DNA from: a virus
Lineage: Duplodnaviria; Caudoviricetes
Length of the DNA: 64,000 bases
Direction: 5' to 3' (one strand)
Virus record (IMG/VR): IMGVR_UViG_3300008259_003073
The notes under the pieces were generated by a model. The model was not told the DNA's origin, did not search any database, and saw only the letters and a list, made by a program, of their open reading frames with translations. Both the position numbers and the translations under genes were made by a program. Positions 37,446-47,220 of this stretch are shown here, one piece after another (positions within the stretch are counted from its first letter, which is position 1; every line of letters begins with the position of its first letter).

Positions 37446-38876
37446 TTATTTTGTTGTGTAATCTATTTTTATTTTTTCAAATATTTCATCAAAACACTCA
37501 TAGTTTTCAAATGAGTATATATGCTTTTGGTTATATAATAATATATCAATTATTGAATAATACCAATTATGTAATTCCTCAATTGGCATGTTTTTTAGTT
37601 TAATTAATTCTTTTTCTAAAAGTAACATTCGCTTTTTAGGGTCTTTTTCTAAATCATAACTTTCATCTATAAATGGTTCAAAGGTTTTAAACCCTAATCT
37701 CCGTAATTCTGCTAATGTTAAATAATCCCCAAATACTAAAAATGGTTGTAAATTTGATATTGGTTTAAATATTTTTTCTGAAAGGAATACGTTTGGTCCA
37801 AAGAATGTTTCGGTTACTAAATGAAAATATGAATTTGCGTACCATTCTTTTTTATTATTTCTAACTCCAAATGCTCTTTTTTTATCAGATGGCAATTCCT
37901 TTGTATCATCTTCATAAGGTAATAATTTCTCTAATTCAGATGTATATTTTTCAACATTTTCCTCCGTATCCTCATATACTTTATTTACAATATTTTTTAA
38001 TATATTTTTTTCTAATTTTTCAATAAATGTAAATAATCCATCTTTTAATAAATCGTATTTTAGTGCAAAATATCCCAACATAGTTCTTTGTGGTTTATTC
38101 ATTGTTCTATTTGGGGATAAAAATTTATGTTTTCTAATTTTAGTGGAATCTAAATCTTTTTCTTCAAGTAACTCACACAAATATCCCAAATTACCAATCA
38201 TTGGAAATGAATTTATTTCATCGGCATATCCTCTTATAAATAAATGCCCATTATATATTTTTATTTTACTATCAGGATATATTTCATAGTATTCCGAAAA
38301 TTTACTTCCTCCTAAAATTATGATATTAGAAGCATCTACTCCTAATTCATTTAATTGGATTTCAAATTGTTGTATATTGTGTGAATCATATAAAGGGTCA
38401 TGTATCATATTTACTAATATTTTTACTTTGCCCGATTTAATTAAATCAAATAATTCAGGTTCTATAATGTCTTTTAAAAACCAAGTATATTCTGTATCAT
38501 TTAACAAAAAACTGTTTTTATTATGTAGTGCAGAAAGTGTATCTTTTATTTCTAATGGATATACATAAATGAAATCATCATCTTTAATTTGATTAAATGA
38601 TATTATATTTTTAGGAAAATTTCTAGAAAAATAATTAAACAATTCCGAATGGTCGAATTTTATACCCTTTTGTTCTGATTTATATTGTAGTATTTCATAC
38701 CAATCTATTTTTAAATTGTTTTTTAAAACATATTGAATAAATTTAGTAATAACAGGATGCATTCCATTACCAAATGGCTTGAGTTGACCGTGGTCAATAT
38801 ACCAATCGGTATATATCATTTTAAAATTTGAACCATGTATTGCATTCATATTAATATCTGTATATTTTTTTAACAT
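37446..38876 (-). CDS. Putative glycosyltransferase (GT-B-like, TE..SEK..KP family)
   Basis: FHLVTET...LSEKIFKPI...QPFLVFG...GFKTFEPFIDESYD. Confidence 0.55.
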   Translation of the reverse strand: MLKKYTDINMNAIHGSNFKMIYTDWYIDHGQLKPFGNGMHPVITKFIQYVLKNNLKIDWYEILQYKSEQKGIKFDHSELFNYFSRNFPKNIISFNQIKDDDFIYVYPLEIKDTLSALHNKNSFLLNDTEYTWFLKDIIEPELFDLIKSGKVKILVNMIHDPLYDSHNIQQFEIQLNELGVDASNIIILGGSKFSEYYEIYPDSKIKIYNGHLFIRGYADEINSFPMIGNLGYLCELLEEKDLDSTKIRKHKFLSPNRTMNKPQRTMLGYFALKYDLLKDGLFTFIEKLEKNILKNIVNKVYEDTEENVEKYTSELEKLLPYEDDTKELPSDKKRAFGVRNNKKEWYANSYFHLVTETFFGPNVFLSEKIFKPISNLQPFLVFGDYLTLAELRRLGFKTFEPFIDESYDLEKDPKKRMLLLEKELIKLKNMPIEELHNWYYSIIDILLYNQKHIYSFENYECFDEIFEKIKIDYTTK

Positions 38877-39810
38877 TATTTCCTACATAATTGTTATCGT
38901 GAAAGAAACTTTCAAATAACAATTCATTTTTTATATAATCTTTAGTACACATTAAATTAAAAATATTATCTGAAATTTCTGGTGATAGATTATAATTTAT
39001 ATTAGCATTCAGCATATCATTTACGAAATTTTTAATTCCATCTACTATTTTTATTTTATCACTAAAGTATTTTTGATTTTCTGTATCGTTTTCGTTTATA
39101 AACTCACCATTAACAATATCGATATATGTTCCAACTTTATCGGTAAATACTGATTCAAAGAATATGATATTGTTTTTAAAATTACATTTTTCAAAATCAT
39201 AAAAACCTTTTGTATTTTTCAAATCTATATTTCCTTTATAGGTCATATACCTGCCTTTCAAATCCAAATCAAATGTTTTTTGTAAATAATATTGAGTAGT
39301 ACCTTGATAACCACTATCTACCATATATACATTTTTACATTCTCCAATCGTATTATTAATATATTTTCTATACGAATCTCTTAATACCTTTGATTTACCC
39401 AATATATCTGGAGCACATAAATTTAAATTTGGTAATCTATTTGAAGTATCAATTTGAATATCATTTTCAATAATGTAATTTATTTGAAATCTATCTTTAA
39501 GTAATTCGGATAAATTACCTTGGTATCTATGTAAATTAAATGATTCATAAACATCATATTCAGATACAAACGAAGATAGTGATGCCAATTTTCTTGATGT
39601 TTTAAAATAAACTGAATTTGGTAAATTATATTTTATTTTAAAATCTTGATATAATTGATTAAGAAAATATCCTTCTCGTGAGTTAAATAAAATCAAATCA
39701 CCGTCTTTTACTTCATCTTTTAACCAATTAAAATAATTAAATACTAATGGTCCAAAAAAGATATAACCAAGTTCTTCCAATGATTCTGGATTTTTAACAA
39801 TGTGGTCCAT
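38851..39810 (-). CDS. Glycan-cluster protein resembling the C-terminal part of HAD-family hydrolases
   Basis: FGPLVFNY, FNSREGYFL, YFKTSR and VDSGYQGTTQ motifs seen in polysaccharide-cluster HAD fusion proteins. Confidence 0.5.
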   Translation of the reverse strand: MDHIVKNPESLEELGYIFFGPLVFNYFNWLKDEVKDGDLILFNSREGYFLNQLYQDFKIKYNLPNSVYFKTSRKLASLSSFVSEYDVYESFNLHRYQGNLSELLKDRFQINYIIENDIQIDTSNRLPNLNLCAPDILGKSKVLRDSYRKYINNTIGECKNVYMVDSGYQGTTQYYLQKTFDLDLKGRYMTYKGNIDLKNTKGFYDFEKCNFKNNIIFFESVFTDKVGTYIDIVNGEFINENDTENQKYFSDKIKIVDGIKNFVNDMLNANINYNLSPEISDNIFNLMCTKDYIKNELLFESFFHDNNYVGNNVKKIYRY

Positions 39811-40241
39811 TATAAATAAACTTTAAATGAAGGTATACCAAGTGAATTCCACAAATCAATTATTTCTTGTTTATCATCAAATGCACAAAACACATCATCT
39901 TTGATAAAATCATTGTACATTTTTCGTTTTAATTCTACATCTTTAATATAATGATTTTCTTCACCTCTCATAAACAATCCATCATATTTAATCCCATATA
40001 TTTCTAACCAATCCTGTGTAGAATTAAGTATCATTCGTGGTCTACTAGTTAGTATATAAATCCCATAATCATTATATAGGTGATTTATAATATCAATCAT
40101 AGGTGCGTTTGGTTTATCTGATATTACATTTTTATAATCATATAAAACATCCCAATCGATACTACCATCAGATTTAGTTGCAAGTGCATACCTCTTTTTA
40201 TTTATTGAAAGAGTATTATCTATATCTACTATAACAATCAT
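39810..40241 (-). CDS. HAD-family phosphatase, PseT/polynucleotide 3'-phosphatase-like
   Basis: VDIDNT motif I; TSRP; LFMR...D.ELK; AFDDK. Confidence 0.75.
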   Translation of the reverse strand: MIVIVDIDNTLSINKKRYALATKSDGSIDWDVLYDYKNVISDKPNAPMIDIINHLYNDYGIYILTSRPRMILNSTQDWLEIYGIKYDGLFMRGEENHYIKDVELKRKMYNDFIKDDVFCAFDDKQEIIDLWNSLGIPSFKVYL

Positions 40242-41437
40242 TTTCGTAAACCTTGTTCTTTATAAGTTACTGGTATTTTAATACCAGTATTACACCCATT
40301 ACAATTATCACAAAATGTGATGTATCCAAGTTCGGTAAATCCCAAATCAAACTTAATTAAATCTTTGGGGTATACTTCTGATAAATTTACATAATCATTT
40401 TCGTTTGGTGAAAACAATTTAGTTAGAACTGCGCTTGTATTAAGGTGACAATAATAAAACTTGCCATCATTCAATCCTCTAAATGGAGCAGTGCAACTAT
40501 CAAAGTGATTTATGAGTTCTTCTTCACTCATATTATTTTTAATTCTCAAATCACCAAAATCATACCACTCGATATTATTCCTTACATAGTGATTGATATT
40601 TTTCTCTTGGTAAGTTCCTAAAACTCTATCAACTTTACTTTTTAATTTTTCTAATTTATTAGAGTAATTACTTACACTTAAAATAACATTATTATTTTTT
40701 AACACTTCTAGTATTTCTTCTTTTGGGAGGACTGTACCATTAGTGGTTATTATAAACTTATCAATCTTATCTGAATACTTTTCTAAAATGTATTCGATTA
40801 CATCTTTGATATTTGGGTGTAAAAACGGCTCTCCACCAACTAAATGGAAAATACTTACATAATCAACAAGATTAAAATATAAGTCAATATCATTTAAGAT
40901 AGTTTGAGTATCTCTGTGTTTTGGTAGTTCGTAATGTGGTATAAACATATTACAAAACGAACACGCCAAATTACATTTTTCAGTCACCAATACATCTGTT
41001 TGAAATATGTGAACCTTTTGTTTGTGTATAAATGGCCAAATAGATGCAATGTTTTTATACCAAGTATATTTTACATTTAGTTTATCTAAATATTCTTTAT
41101 AGTATTGTCTATACTCATCTGATGTGATAATTACATTTTCACCAGTTGGTTCAAAGTTATCTATATGAACTAATTTTAAATTCTCACGAGTGTTGACGAG
41201 GTTTTTTGATTGATGATAAAATGAACTAATTTCGTTTACATTCAATATAGTTGATTCATCTTTAACATCGTGGTCAACTATGTATTTTATTTTTAAAACA
41301 TTATTACCCAACAAATAATCTACACTTCTAATAAATTGGACACACTCTTTACTTGCACCGAATAGAACATATTCGGTTTCAGTATCCCATTCTTGGATAA
41401 ATTTCTCAAAATTATGTAGATTAGGATTATATTTCAT
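40238..41437 (-). CDS. Radical SAM protein with N-terminal Rossmann-like domain
   Basis: EKCNLACSFC; LVGGEPFLHP; ITTNG; C-terminal C..(LNDGKFYYC)..CDNC cluster. Confidence 0.85.
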   Translation of the reverse strand: MKYNPNLHNFEKFIQEWDTETEYVLFGASKECVQFIRSVDYLLGNNVLKIKYIVDHDVKDESTILNVNEISSFYHQSKNLVNTRENLKLVHIDNFEPTGENVIITSDEYRQYYKEYLDKLNVKYTWYKNIASIWPFIHKQKVHIFQTDVLVTEKCNLACSFCNMFIPHYELPKHRDTQTILNDIDLYFNLVDYVSIFHLVGGEPFLHPNIKDVIEYILEKYSDKIDKFIITTNGTVLPKEEILEVLKNNNVILSVSNYSNKLEKLKSKVDRVLGTYQEKNINHYVRNNIEWYDFGDLRIKNNMSEEELINHFDSCTAPFRGLNDGKFYYCHLNTSAVLTKLFSPNENDYVNLSEVYPKDLIKFDLGFTELGYITFCDNCNGCNTGIKIPVTYKEQGLRK

Positions 41438-41440
41438 ATA

Positions 41441-42070
41441 TTAAAATACTACCCATTTACCACTTCCGTAGTGCGGATACTTTGATTTATATTTGTAGTG
41501 AATTACATCGGATGGAATATCTTTCTTTTTATTCCAAGTTGCTTCCGTTGGTGTGTAAGTTGAAACATCATTATCTTCAACTATAAAATGTAAAGGTAAA
41601 TCAAAATTTCTAGCGTATTTATGAACTTCATAGAATATACCACTCTCAAAACTCATATCTCCTATAAATACCCAAACCTTTTCATCACTACCTTTGGCCT
41701 TAATTCCCATTGCTACACCCAATGCAATAGAAAGAGTTCCACCTACAATTGCGGATGAATAAAACTTCTCATCTATCTTACAAAGAGTTATAGATTTACC
41801 ATCAAGTATTTCATCGGTAATCCATTGTGGAGATATTCCTTTTAATAAAGCATGGTAGTGAGACCTCCAAGTTGAAAACACCCAATCGTTTTTAGATATT
41901 CTTTTGAATACCTCTATTAGTTGTTCTTCATTTCCGTTTGATAAGTGAATTGGTCCTCTGATTTTACCATCTTCCCAGTTTTGAACTATATCATTCTCAA
42001 ACTGAATGAGTTCTTCTGCATTCCAATTATGTTCTCTAACTATTGGATATTGTTCTAAATTTTGTATCAT
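41441..42070 (-). CDS. TPP-dependent dehydrogenase E1 alpha-like subunit (short)
   Basis: RGPIHLSNG; FSTWRSHYH; SAIVGG; GDM...EDN TPP-binding motif. Confidence 0.85.
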   Translation of the reverse strand: MIQNLEQYPIVREHNWNAEELIQFENDIVQNWEDGKIRGPIHLSNGNEEQLIEVFKRISKNDWVFSTWRSHYHALLKGISPQWITDEILDGKSITLCKIDEKFYSSAIVGGTLSIALGVAMGIKAKGSDEKVWVFIGDMSFESGIFYEVHKYARNFDLPLHFIVEDNDVSTYTPTEATWNKKKDIPSDVIHYKYKSKYPHYGSGKWVVF

Positions 42071-42603
42071 CTATCTCTTTTTTGTAGTATTGGATTGTTT
42101 GTTGGCCATTCCATTTGATATTCAGGGTCATTCCACTTTACCACACCTTGTTCATTTGCATCCACATAACCGTCTTTGTAAAATAAGTTATAGTGAAACA
42201 TACAATCAGTTAATGCATAGTGTCCGTTTGCAAATCCTGGTGGAACTAATACCTGATTTCTTAATCTTTCCGTTATAATAAAACTTTCCCACTCCCCAAA
42301 GGTAGGACTATTTTCTCTCATATCCAAAACAACTAAATAGATATCACCTACTGCTGCTTGTACCAATTTCCAAGTCTTTTTATCCCAGTGTAATCCTCTC
42401 AATACACCTTTATAAGAACGAGAGAATCTACCATGTACTTCACATTTGCCATCGATATAATCAACTATTGGGTGCTCAATTGAATGAAATGTTGTCCATA
42501 TTTCACCTCTGTATTCTCTAAATACGGATGGTTGAAATACTGGAACCTCATGTCCAAATTTTTTTGATGGAGTAATTTGAAACTCATCCCATTTACTACT
42601 CAT
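42067..42603 (-). CDS. rfbC: dTDP-4-dehydrorhamnose 3,5-epimerase (RmlC/cupin)
   Basis: SRSYKGVLRGLHW; KLVQ...G.IYLVVLDMR..SPTFG; VPPGFANGH; WNDP. Confidence 0.9.
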   Translation of the reverse strand: MSSKWDEFQITPSKKFGHEVPVFQPSVFREYRGEIWTTFHSIEHPIVDYIDGKCEVHGRFSRSYKGVLRGLHWDKKTWKLVQAAVGDIYLVVLDMRENSPTFGEWESFIITERLRNQVLVPPGFANGHYALTDCMFHYNLFYKDGYVDANEQGVVKWNDPEYQMEWPTNNPILQKRDR

Positions 42604-42604
42604 A

Positions 42605-43570
42605 TTATGTATTATTTGCGTATCCTAAAGGAAATCCATTTCTAAATTCTGCTCCCATTTTTGGAACAATCATTTGGTATGCGTGAATTAATTCTTCGAT
42701 ACCTCTATCTAACCCCCACTCTGGTACCCATCCAGTTTCCTCTAGCTTTGCGTTAGAAACTATGTAATCCCTCTTATCGGGGTCTTCGTAATAATCGTTG
42801 TATGATACGGCAAAATCCTTTACCTGGGATTGAATCTTTTCTAATAATTCTTGCTTTGAAAGATTGGCATTACTCAACCCTACATTAAATACTTGTCCTT
42901 TATATTTTTCGTAATTTATAATCATAAATAAAAATGTAAATGCTACATCTTGAATATGAATAAAATTTCTCTTAAAGTTTTTCTCAAATACTACAATGTA
43001 TTTATCAGTAATTGCTTTATAAACAAAATCGTTTACCAATAAATCGGTTCTCATACGAGGTGATACACCAAATACAGTTGCCAATCTAAATGTAATTGCC
43101 GATGTGGTTGCTCTTAAAAAAGTTTCAGCATCACACTTTGTTTGTCCATACACTGATATAGGTGTTAAAGGTGAATCTTCGGTGCATTCAGTTTGTCCAA
43201 CTCCAATACCATAACCACTATTTGTATTTGGATATAAAATTTTTTTATCCTTTGCAAATTTTACTATGTTACATATTTGGTCAAAATTGATTTCCCTTGC
43301 CAGCTTTGGGTCTGCTGCGCAAGCTGGGAACCCAACAATTGCAGCTAATGGAATTATTACATCAGCTTCATTACACAACTTTTCTAAAAGAGATTCATTA
43401 CGAACATCTCCATATATGAATTTGAATTTAGGATTTGAAGTATATTGTAATAATGAGGTTTGATTAAATAATAGTTTATCCAATACTACTACCTTATAGT
43501 TTTGTTCCAATAACATACCAACTAATACAGAACCCAAATAACCTGCACCACCTGTAATTAATACTTTCAT
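42605..43570 (-). CDS. NAD-dependent epimerase/dehydratase (extended SDR)
   Basis: TGGAGYLGS; YGQTK (canonical YxxxK); FRLATVFGVSPRMRTDLLVN. Confidence 0.9.
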   Translation of the reverse strand: MKVLITGGAGYLGSVLVGMLLEQNYKVVVLDKLLFNQTSLLQYTSNPKFKFIYGDVRNESLLEKLCNEADVIIPLAAIVGFPACAADPKLAREINFDQICNIVKFAKDKKILYPNTNSGYGIGVGQTECTEDSPLTPISVYGQTKCDAETFLRATTSAITFRLATVFGVSPRMRTDLLVNDFVYKAITDKYIVVFEKNFKRNFIHIQDVAFTFLFMIINYEKYKGQVFNVGLSNANLSKQELLEKIQSQVKDFAVSYNDYYEDPDKRDYIVSNAKLEETGWVPEWGLDRGIEELIHAYQMIVPKMGAEFRNGFPLGYANNT

Positions 43571-43574
43571 AATT

Positions 43575-44354
43575 TTAAAAATAAATGTTCTTTTCTATGT
43601 AAAATTGTGGATAGTTTCCACTAAAACTAACATCCCATACTTTATATCTATTGTAATGGTTAAAATCACATAAAAATGCAAAATTATTTCTATATGGATA
43701 ATCGTAATTTAATTTTCGTAAATCATTAAAAACTATATGTGAATACTGTTTTTCATAATTATCAATAAAATCTTGAATTTCTTCAATTTTTAATTTTTTG
43801 TTTAATACAAACGCCATTTCAAATTCAAAATCTCCAATATGTTGATGTTCCTCTGGTCCAATCATACTACCACATCCGAACCAATAGAAAGAATTTTCGT
43901 ATTTCACTTTTTCACCATCTTCAAATTCAATAATTCCTACCAACTTTCCATTTTTATAGCATTTAATATTTCTTTCCAAAAAATGGTCACAAATCATAGC
44001 GTACTCATTGAATTCATTAGTTTCTTCTGGTAATAATCCGGTAAAAATTTGTTTTGAATACATTTCTGTTTTACCATCTATTTCTTTTGAAAACCAATAT
44101 GTAAATGCAATTGAAACAATTCCCAAATTATCTTTATAAGCAGAAATACCAGAATGCATTCCATTTCTGGCAATAGCAAATGATTCTTTATTTTGAGCTA
44201 CAGTATCAGGAAATATTTTAAACTTTAAGAATAAAGAAAAATCTTCATCCATATGTTTATCAATTCTAGATGATACGGAGTATCTACTTTCCGGCAAAAC
44301 GAAAAATATATTATCTTTGTTTACTCTTAAACTCATATTTTTATTGTTGAACAA
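43575..44354 (-). CDS. Stand-alone LamG-like domain protein
   Basis: DFSLFLKFK...CYKNGKLVG...FGCG...FVLNKKL..EEI pattern resembles the inserts of the neighbouring GT7 proteins. Confidence 0.5.
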   Translation of the reverse strand: MFNNKNMSLRVNKDNIFFVLPESRYSVSSRIDKHMDEDFSLFLKFKIFPDTVAQNKESFAIARNGMHSGISAYKDNLGIVSIAFTYWFSKEIDGKTEMYSKQIFTGLLPEETNEFNEYAMICDHFLERNIKCYKNGKLVGIIEFEDGEKVKYENSFYWFGCGSMIGPEEHQHIGDFEFEMAFVLNKKLKIEEIQDFIDNYEKQYSHIVFNDLRKLNYDYPYRNNFAFLCDFNHYNRYKVWDVSFSGNYPQFYIEKNIYF

Positions 44355-45748
44355 AAGTTATAAAATTCTTCTAATTCAGGAAATGTTTTACAAAAATCAG
44401 TTCCTCTACGTTTATCGTGGTTTGAAAAATATTGATAAAAACTATATCTATTTTTCATTTGTTGAGTCGCATCCTGTGGAGAAATCATCCAATCATAAAT
44501 TCTTTTTACTTTTTGAACCTCAACATCGGAGTAACCAATGTGTTTTGGGTCAAATGATGGAGCTGCGTAGTAAGTGATTAATTTAGCCTGGTCAGTTATA
44601 TATTTAGCATAATCAAATGGAAGTACTTGGACAGTTTGATGTAAAGGGTATCGTAGATATGATGAATCTAAAAACACTGCAGAATTCCAATATCTATCAG
44701 TGGATGCGTATACATCTTTTAATGTGTAAATATTATGAATTAATTGTTCATAATTAAAAACACTTAACGCATTATATGTCGACATGAATGTTATAATAGT
44801 TCTTGGGCATTTTGTAAGAATTTTATTTACATTATCCCAAAATTTATTAAATTCTAATCCAGTACGAATGTATTCTGCTTGCTCTCCCCATGTATCAACC
44901 GATGTAAATATGACAATTTCTTTTGCTCTACCTTCATCTTCTATTTTTTGTATCTTTTCGATTAATTTATCTATCAACTTATCTGGAACTCCCAAATTAG
45001 AATTAATAGCCAGTTTCAATTCAGTATTTGGATTTGGATGTTCTATGATATAATCAAGTACTCCCCAAGTATCTTTACTCATAAGAGGTTCTCCGCCTGT
45101 GATTCTAAATGTATGAAGGTCTCTATACAAATCAGGCCACCATTTCCAAAATGCTTCTACATATGGATTATGTTCTTTATTTGGAATTGGTAATTTATCT
45201 TCGTTTTTCATCCAATCAACGGAATTAAAATTATCCAAAGTTGGGTATGCACCATGCTTTTCAATTTCTTCCATCCACGCCGAACTATACGCAGGACCAC
45301 AATATGAACATTTGAAATTACACGCATTACTAAATGCAACTTCTACATATTTTGGATTAAAATCATCTCTCCAATCAGATTGAATAATGTCATTGATAAA
45401 TGGATAAGACCAACTTTCACCAGATTTAAATATTCTATCCGAAAATCTATCCGAATTATCTTCTACATTCCAACAATAATCACATTCAGAAGGTCTTGCT
45501 CCCTGTAACATTTCCTTTCTACGAAGTTTCTTATATCTCGTATTATGAAGTGCTGATGGGTTTCTAGCAATTTCAGTTTCTGAAATTTTATGTGTTTTGG
45601 GGTGGTGACATGAATGATTATGTCCACTTTGTAATTGTAGTGTAACTTGCGTCCATTTGGCAGCACACATACCAGGACCAACCACATTTAACTCGTCTTT
45701 AACGCGTAAATAAATTGGATTTTCACTATAAGTTTTATCTTCTGCCAT
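44333..45748 (-). CDS. Twitch-type radical SAM protein
   Basis: NACNFKCSYC; ITGGEP; N-terminal C..KW...HSCHH...ECDYCW cluster. Confidence 0.85.
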   Translation of the reverse strand: MAEDKTYSENPIYLRVKDELNVVGPGMCAAKWTQVTLQLQSGHNHSCHHPKTHKISETEIARNPSALHNTRYKKLRRKEMLQGARPSECDYCWNVEDNSDRFSDRIFKSGESWSYPFINDIIQSDWRDDFNPKYVEVAFSNACNFKCSYCGPAYSSAWMEEIEKHGAYPTLDNFNSVDWMKNEDKLPIPNKEHNPYVEAFWKWWPDLYRDLHTFRITGGEPLMSKDTWGVLDYIIEHPNPNTELKLAINSNLGVPDKLIDKLIEKIQKIEDEGRAKEIVIFTSVDTWGEQAEYIRTGLEFNKFWDNVNKILTKCPRTIITFMSTYNALSVFNYEQLIHNIYTLKDVYASTDRYWNSAVFLDSSYLRYPLHQTVQVLPFDYAKYITDQAKLITYYAAPSFDPKHIGYSDVEVQKVKRIYDWMISPQDATQQMKNRYSFYQYFSNHDKRRGTDFCKTFPELEEFYNFCSTIKI

Positions 45749-45752
45749 ATTT

Positions 45753-47219
45753 TTATTTTAAACAATGAACATTTATTAATTTGTGTTTATCAAAAATGAT
45801 TTTAGTACTGATATGTTTATACTTCATATTATTTATACCATCTTTTTTATAATCAATTTTACCTTGCTGCATTTCTAATACATATCTTCTTTCGTTTCTT
45901 GCAGTGGTTTCACCTTTAGCCCATTTTTCAATACCACCTTCTTTAATTAAACCTTCAGTTTCATGTGGTAAACAGAAAAATTTACCATCTCTTCTATGTG
46001 GTAGTATTACATGGGGTATTTGTATTTCTCTTTCTTCAATACCAACATTATACAATACACCATCGTTTAATTCGGCCTGGTCTATTACAAATTTATCATC
46101 AACTATTTCATCAAAGTTATAGTGTAATACCAAACTATCGGTTGAATACTGCTTATGTAATAAATTAACTTCTTCACCAGTTAACGCTCTATCCCACATT
46201 TTAATATCAGCTATTTCACCTTTAAAAAATGCGTTTGGTTCAAATGGTTCAACCGTTGTCGTATGCCCTACATAAAATGGTTCATTTCCATATCGTTTTA
46301 AGTTATACTGATATTCAAACGGTGATTGCGTACCCGTTCCATTTCTAGCATCACTTTCATTTCCATTTAGATAAAAATGCATTTTCTTTTCCAAATCATC
46401 AATTACCATCGTAACCCACGTCCATTCTCCCTCATACCTTTTAAACCATTGGTAGATATGTTCTCTATGAGCATTCCATAACATACCAGTATATGCCCTA
46501 CTATTGTTAAATGATAATCCCCAATCATAACCTGGTTTTCTGAATATAGGATATTCTACGAATTTTCTGTTTGAATCACCAATTAACCAAATAGGGACTT
46601 TTTCTATTTGTTGGTCTGCCTTTACTAATACAGAAATTGTATGTGAATTGGATATTGCTATTCTATTTTTTTCAGAAGATGGTATTTTGATGTATGAACT
46701 TTTACCATCAAATACTGCTACATTTTTTACTTTAGCGAAATCAATAGTTTGTTTATTAACATATCCTTCCATCACACATCTCCAAAACAAATCATCATCT
46801 TCCATGCCCCAATCCCAATAATCATTTGAATAACCATTGGTTGCTAAAACTTGCTCTTTTGTAAAAACAACCGCACCACCAAAGTATTCCTGATATTTTA
46901 ATTGGTAATCCGATTGTGAGATACGAACTGCAATGTGTTGTGGATTTTCCATAGGATATGAATAATCACAACTATCATCTTCGGGTACCATATCAATATC
47001 ATGCCAAACTATGTAATCACATCCATCATCAATTGCATGTTTTGCAGCAATGTTTTTCATCAATCCTCTATTGAATAGATATTCATCACACTGATGTGCA
47101 ATATAAATGGTGTGGTCAATTCCTTTCTTTGTTAAGAAATTAGTAACCCAAGGAACAAATTGATTCATATGTTCCTCTCTGTTTCTATATGGTACGCAGA
47201 CCCCTAACTTATGCCCCAT
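45753..47219 (-). CDS. GT7 (beta-1,4-galactosyltransferase-like) glycosyltransferase with inserted LamG domain
   Basis: VPYRNR, FNRG..KN, HDID, YFGG, NGYSNDYWDWGMEDDD; LamG insert; C-terminal H...N..R...DGINNMKY. Confidence 0.85.
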   Translation of the reverse strand: MGHKLGVCVPYRNREEHMNQFVPWVTNFLTKKGIDHTIYIAHQCDEYLFNRGLMKNIAAKHAIDDGCDYIVWHDIDMVPEDDSCDYSYPMENPQHIAVRISQSDYQLKYQEYFGGAVVFTKEQVLATNGYSNDYWDWGMEDDDLFWRCVMEGYVNKQTIDFAKVKNVAVFDGKSSYIKIPSSEKNRIAISNSHTISVLVKADQQIEKVPIWLIGDSNRKFVEYPIFRKPGYDWGLSFNNSRAYTGMLWNAHREHIYQWFKRYEGEWTWVTMVIDDLEKKMHFYLNGNESDARNGTGTQSPFEYQYNLKRYGNEPFYVGHTTTVEPFEPNAFFKGEIADIKMWDRALTGEEVNLLHKQYSTDSLVLHYNFDEIVDDKFVIDQAELNDGVLYNVGIEEREIQIPHVILPHRRDGKFFCLPHETEGLIKEGGIEKWAKGETTARNERRYVLEMQQGKIDYKKDGINNMKYKHISTKIIFDKHKLINVHCLK

Positions 47220-47220
47220 T

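Noticed and set aside
32012-42070. Pyruvate dehydrogenase auxiliary metabolic genes
   Set aside because: Both subunits are truncated relative to PDH E1, there is no E2/E3, and the context is NDP-sugar synthesis.
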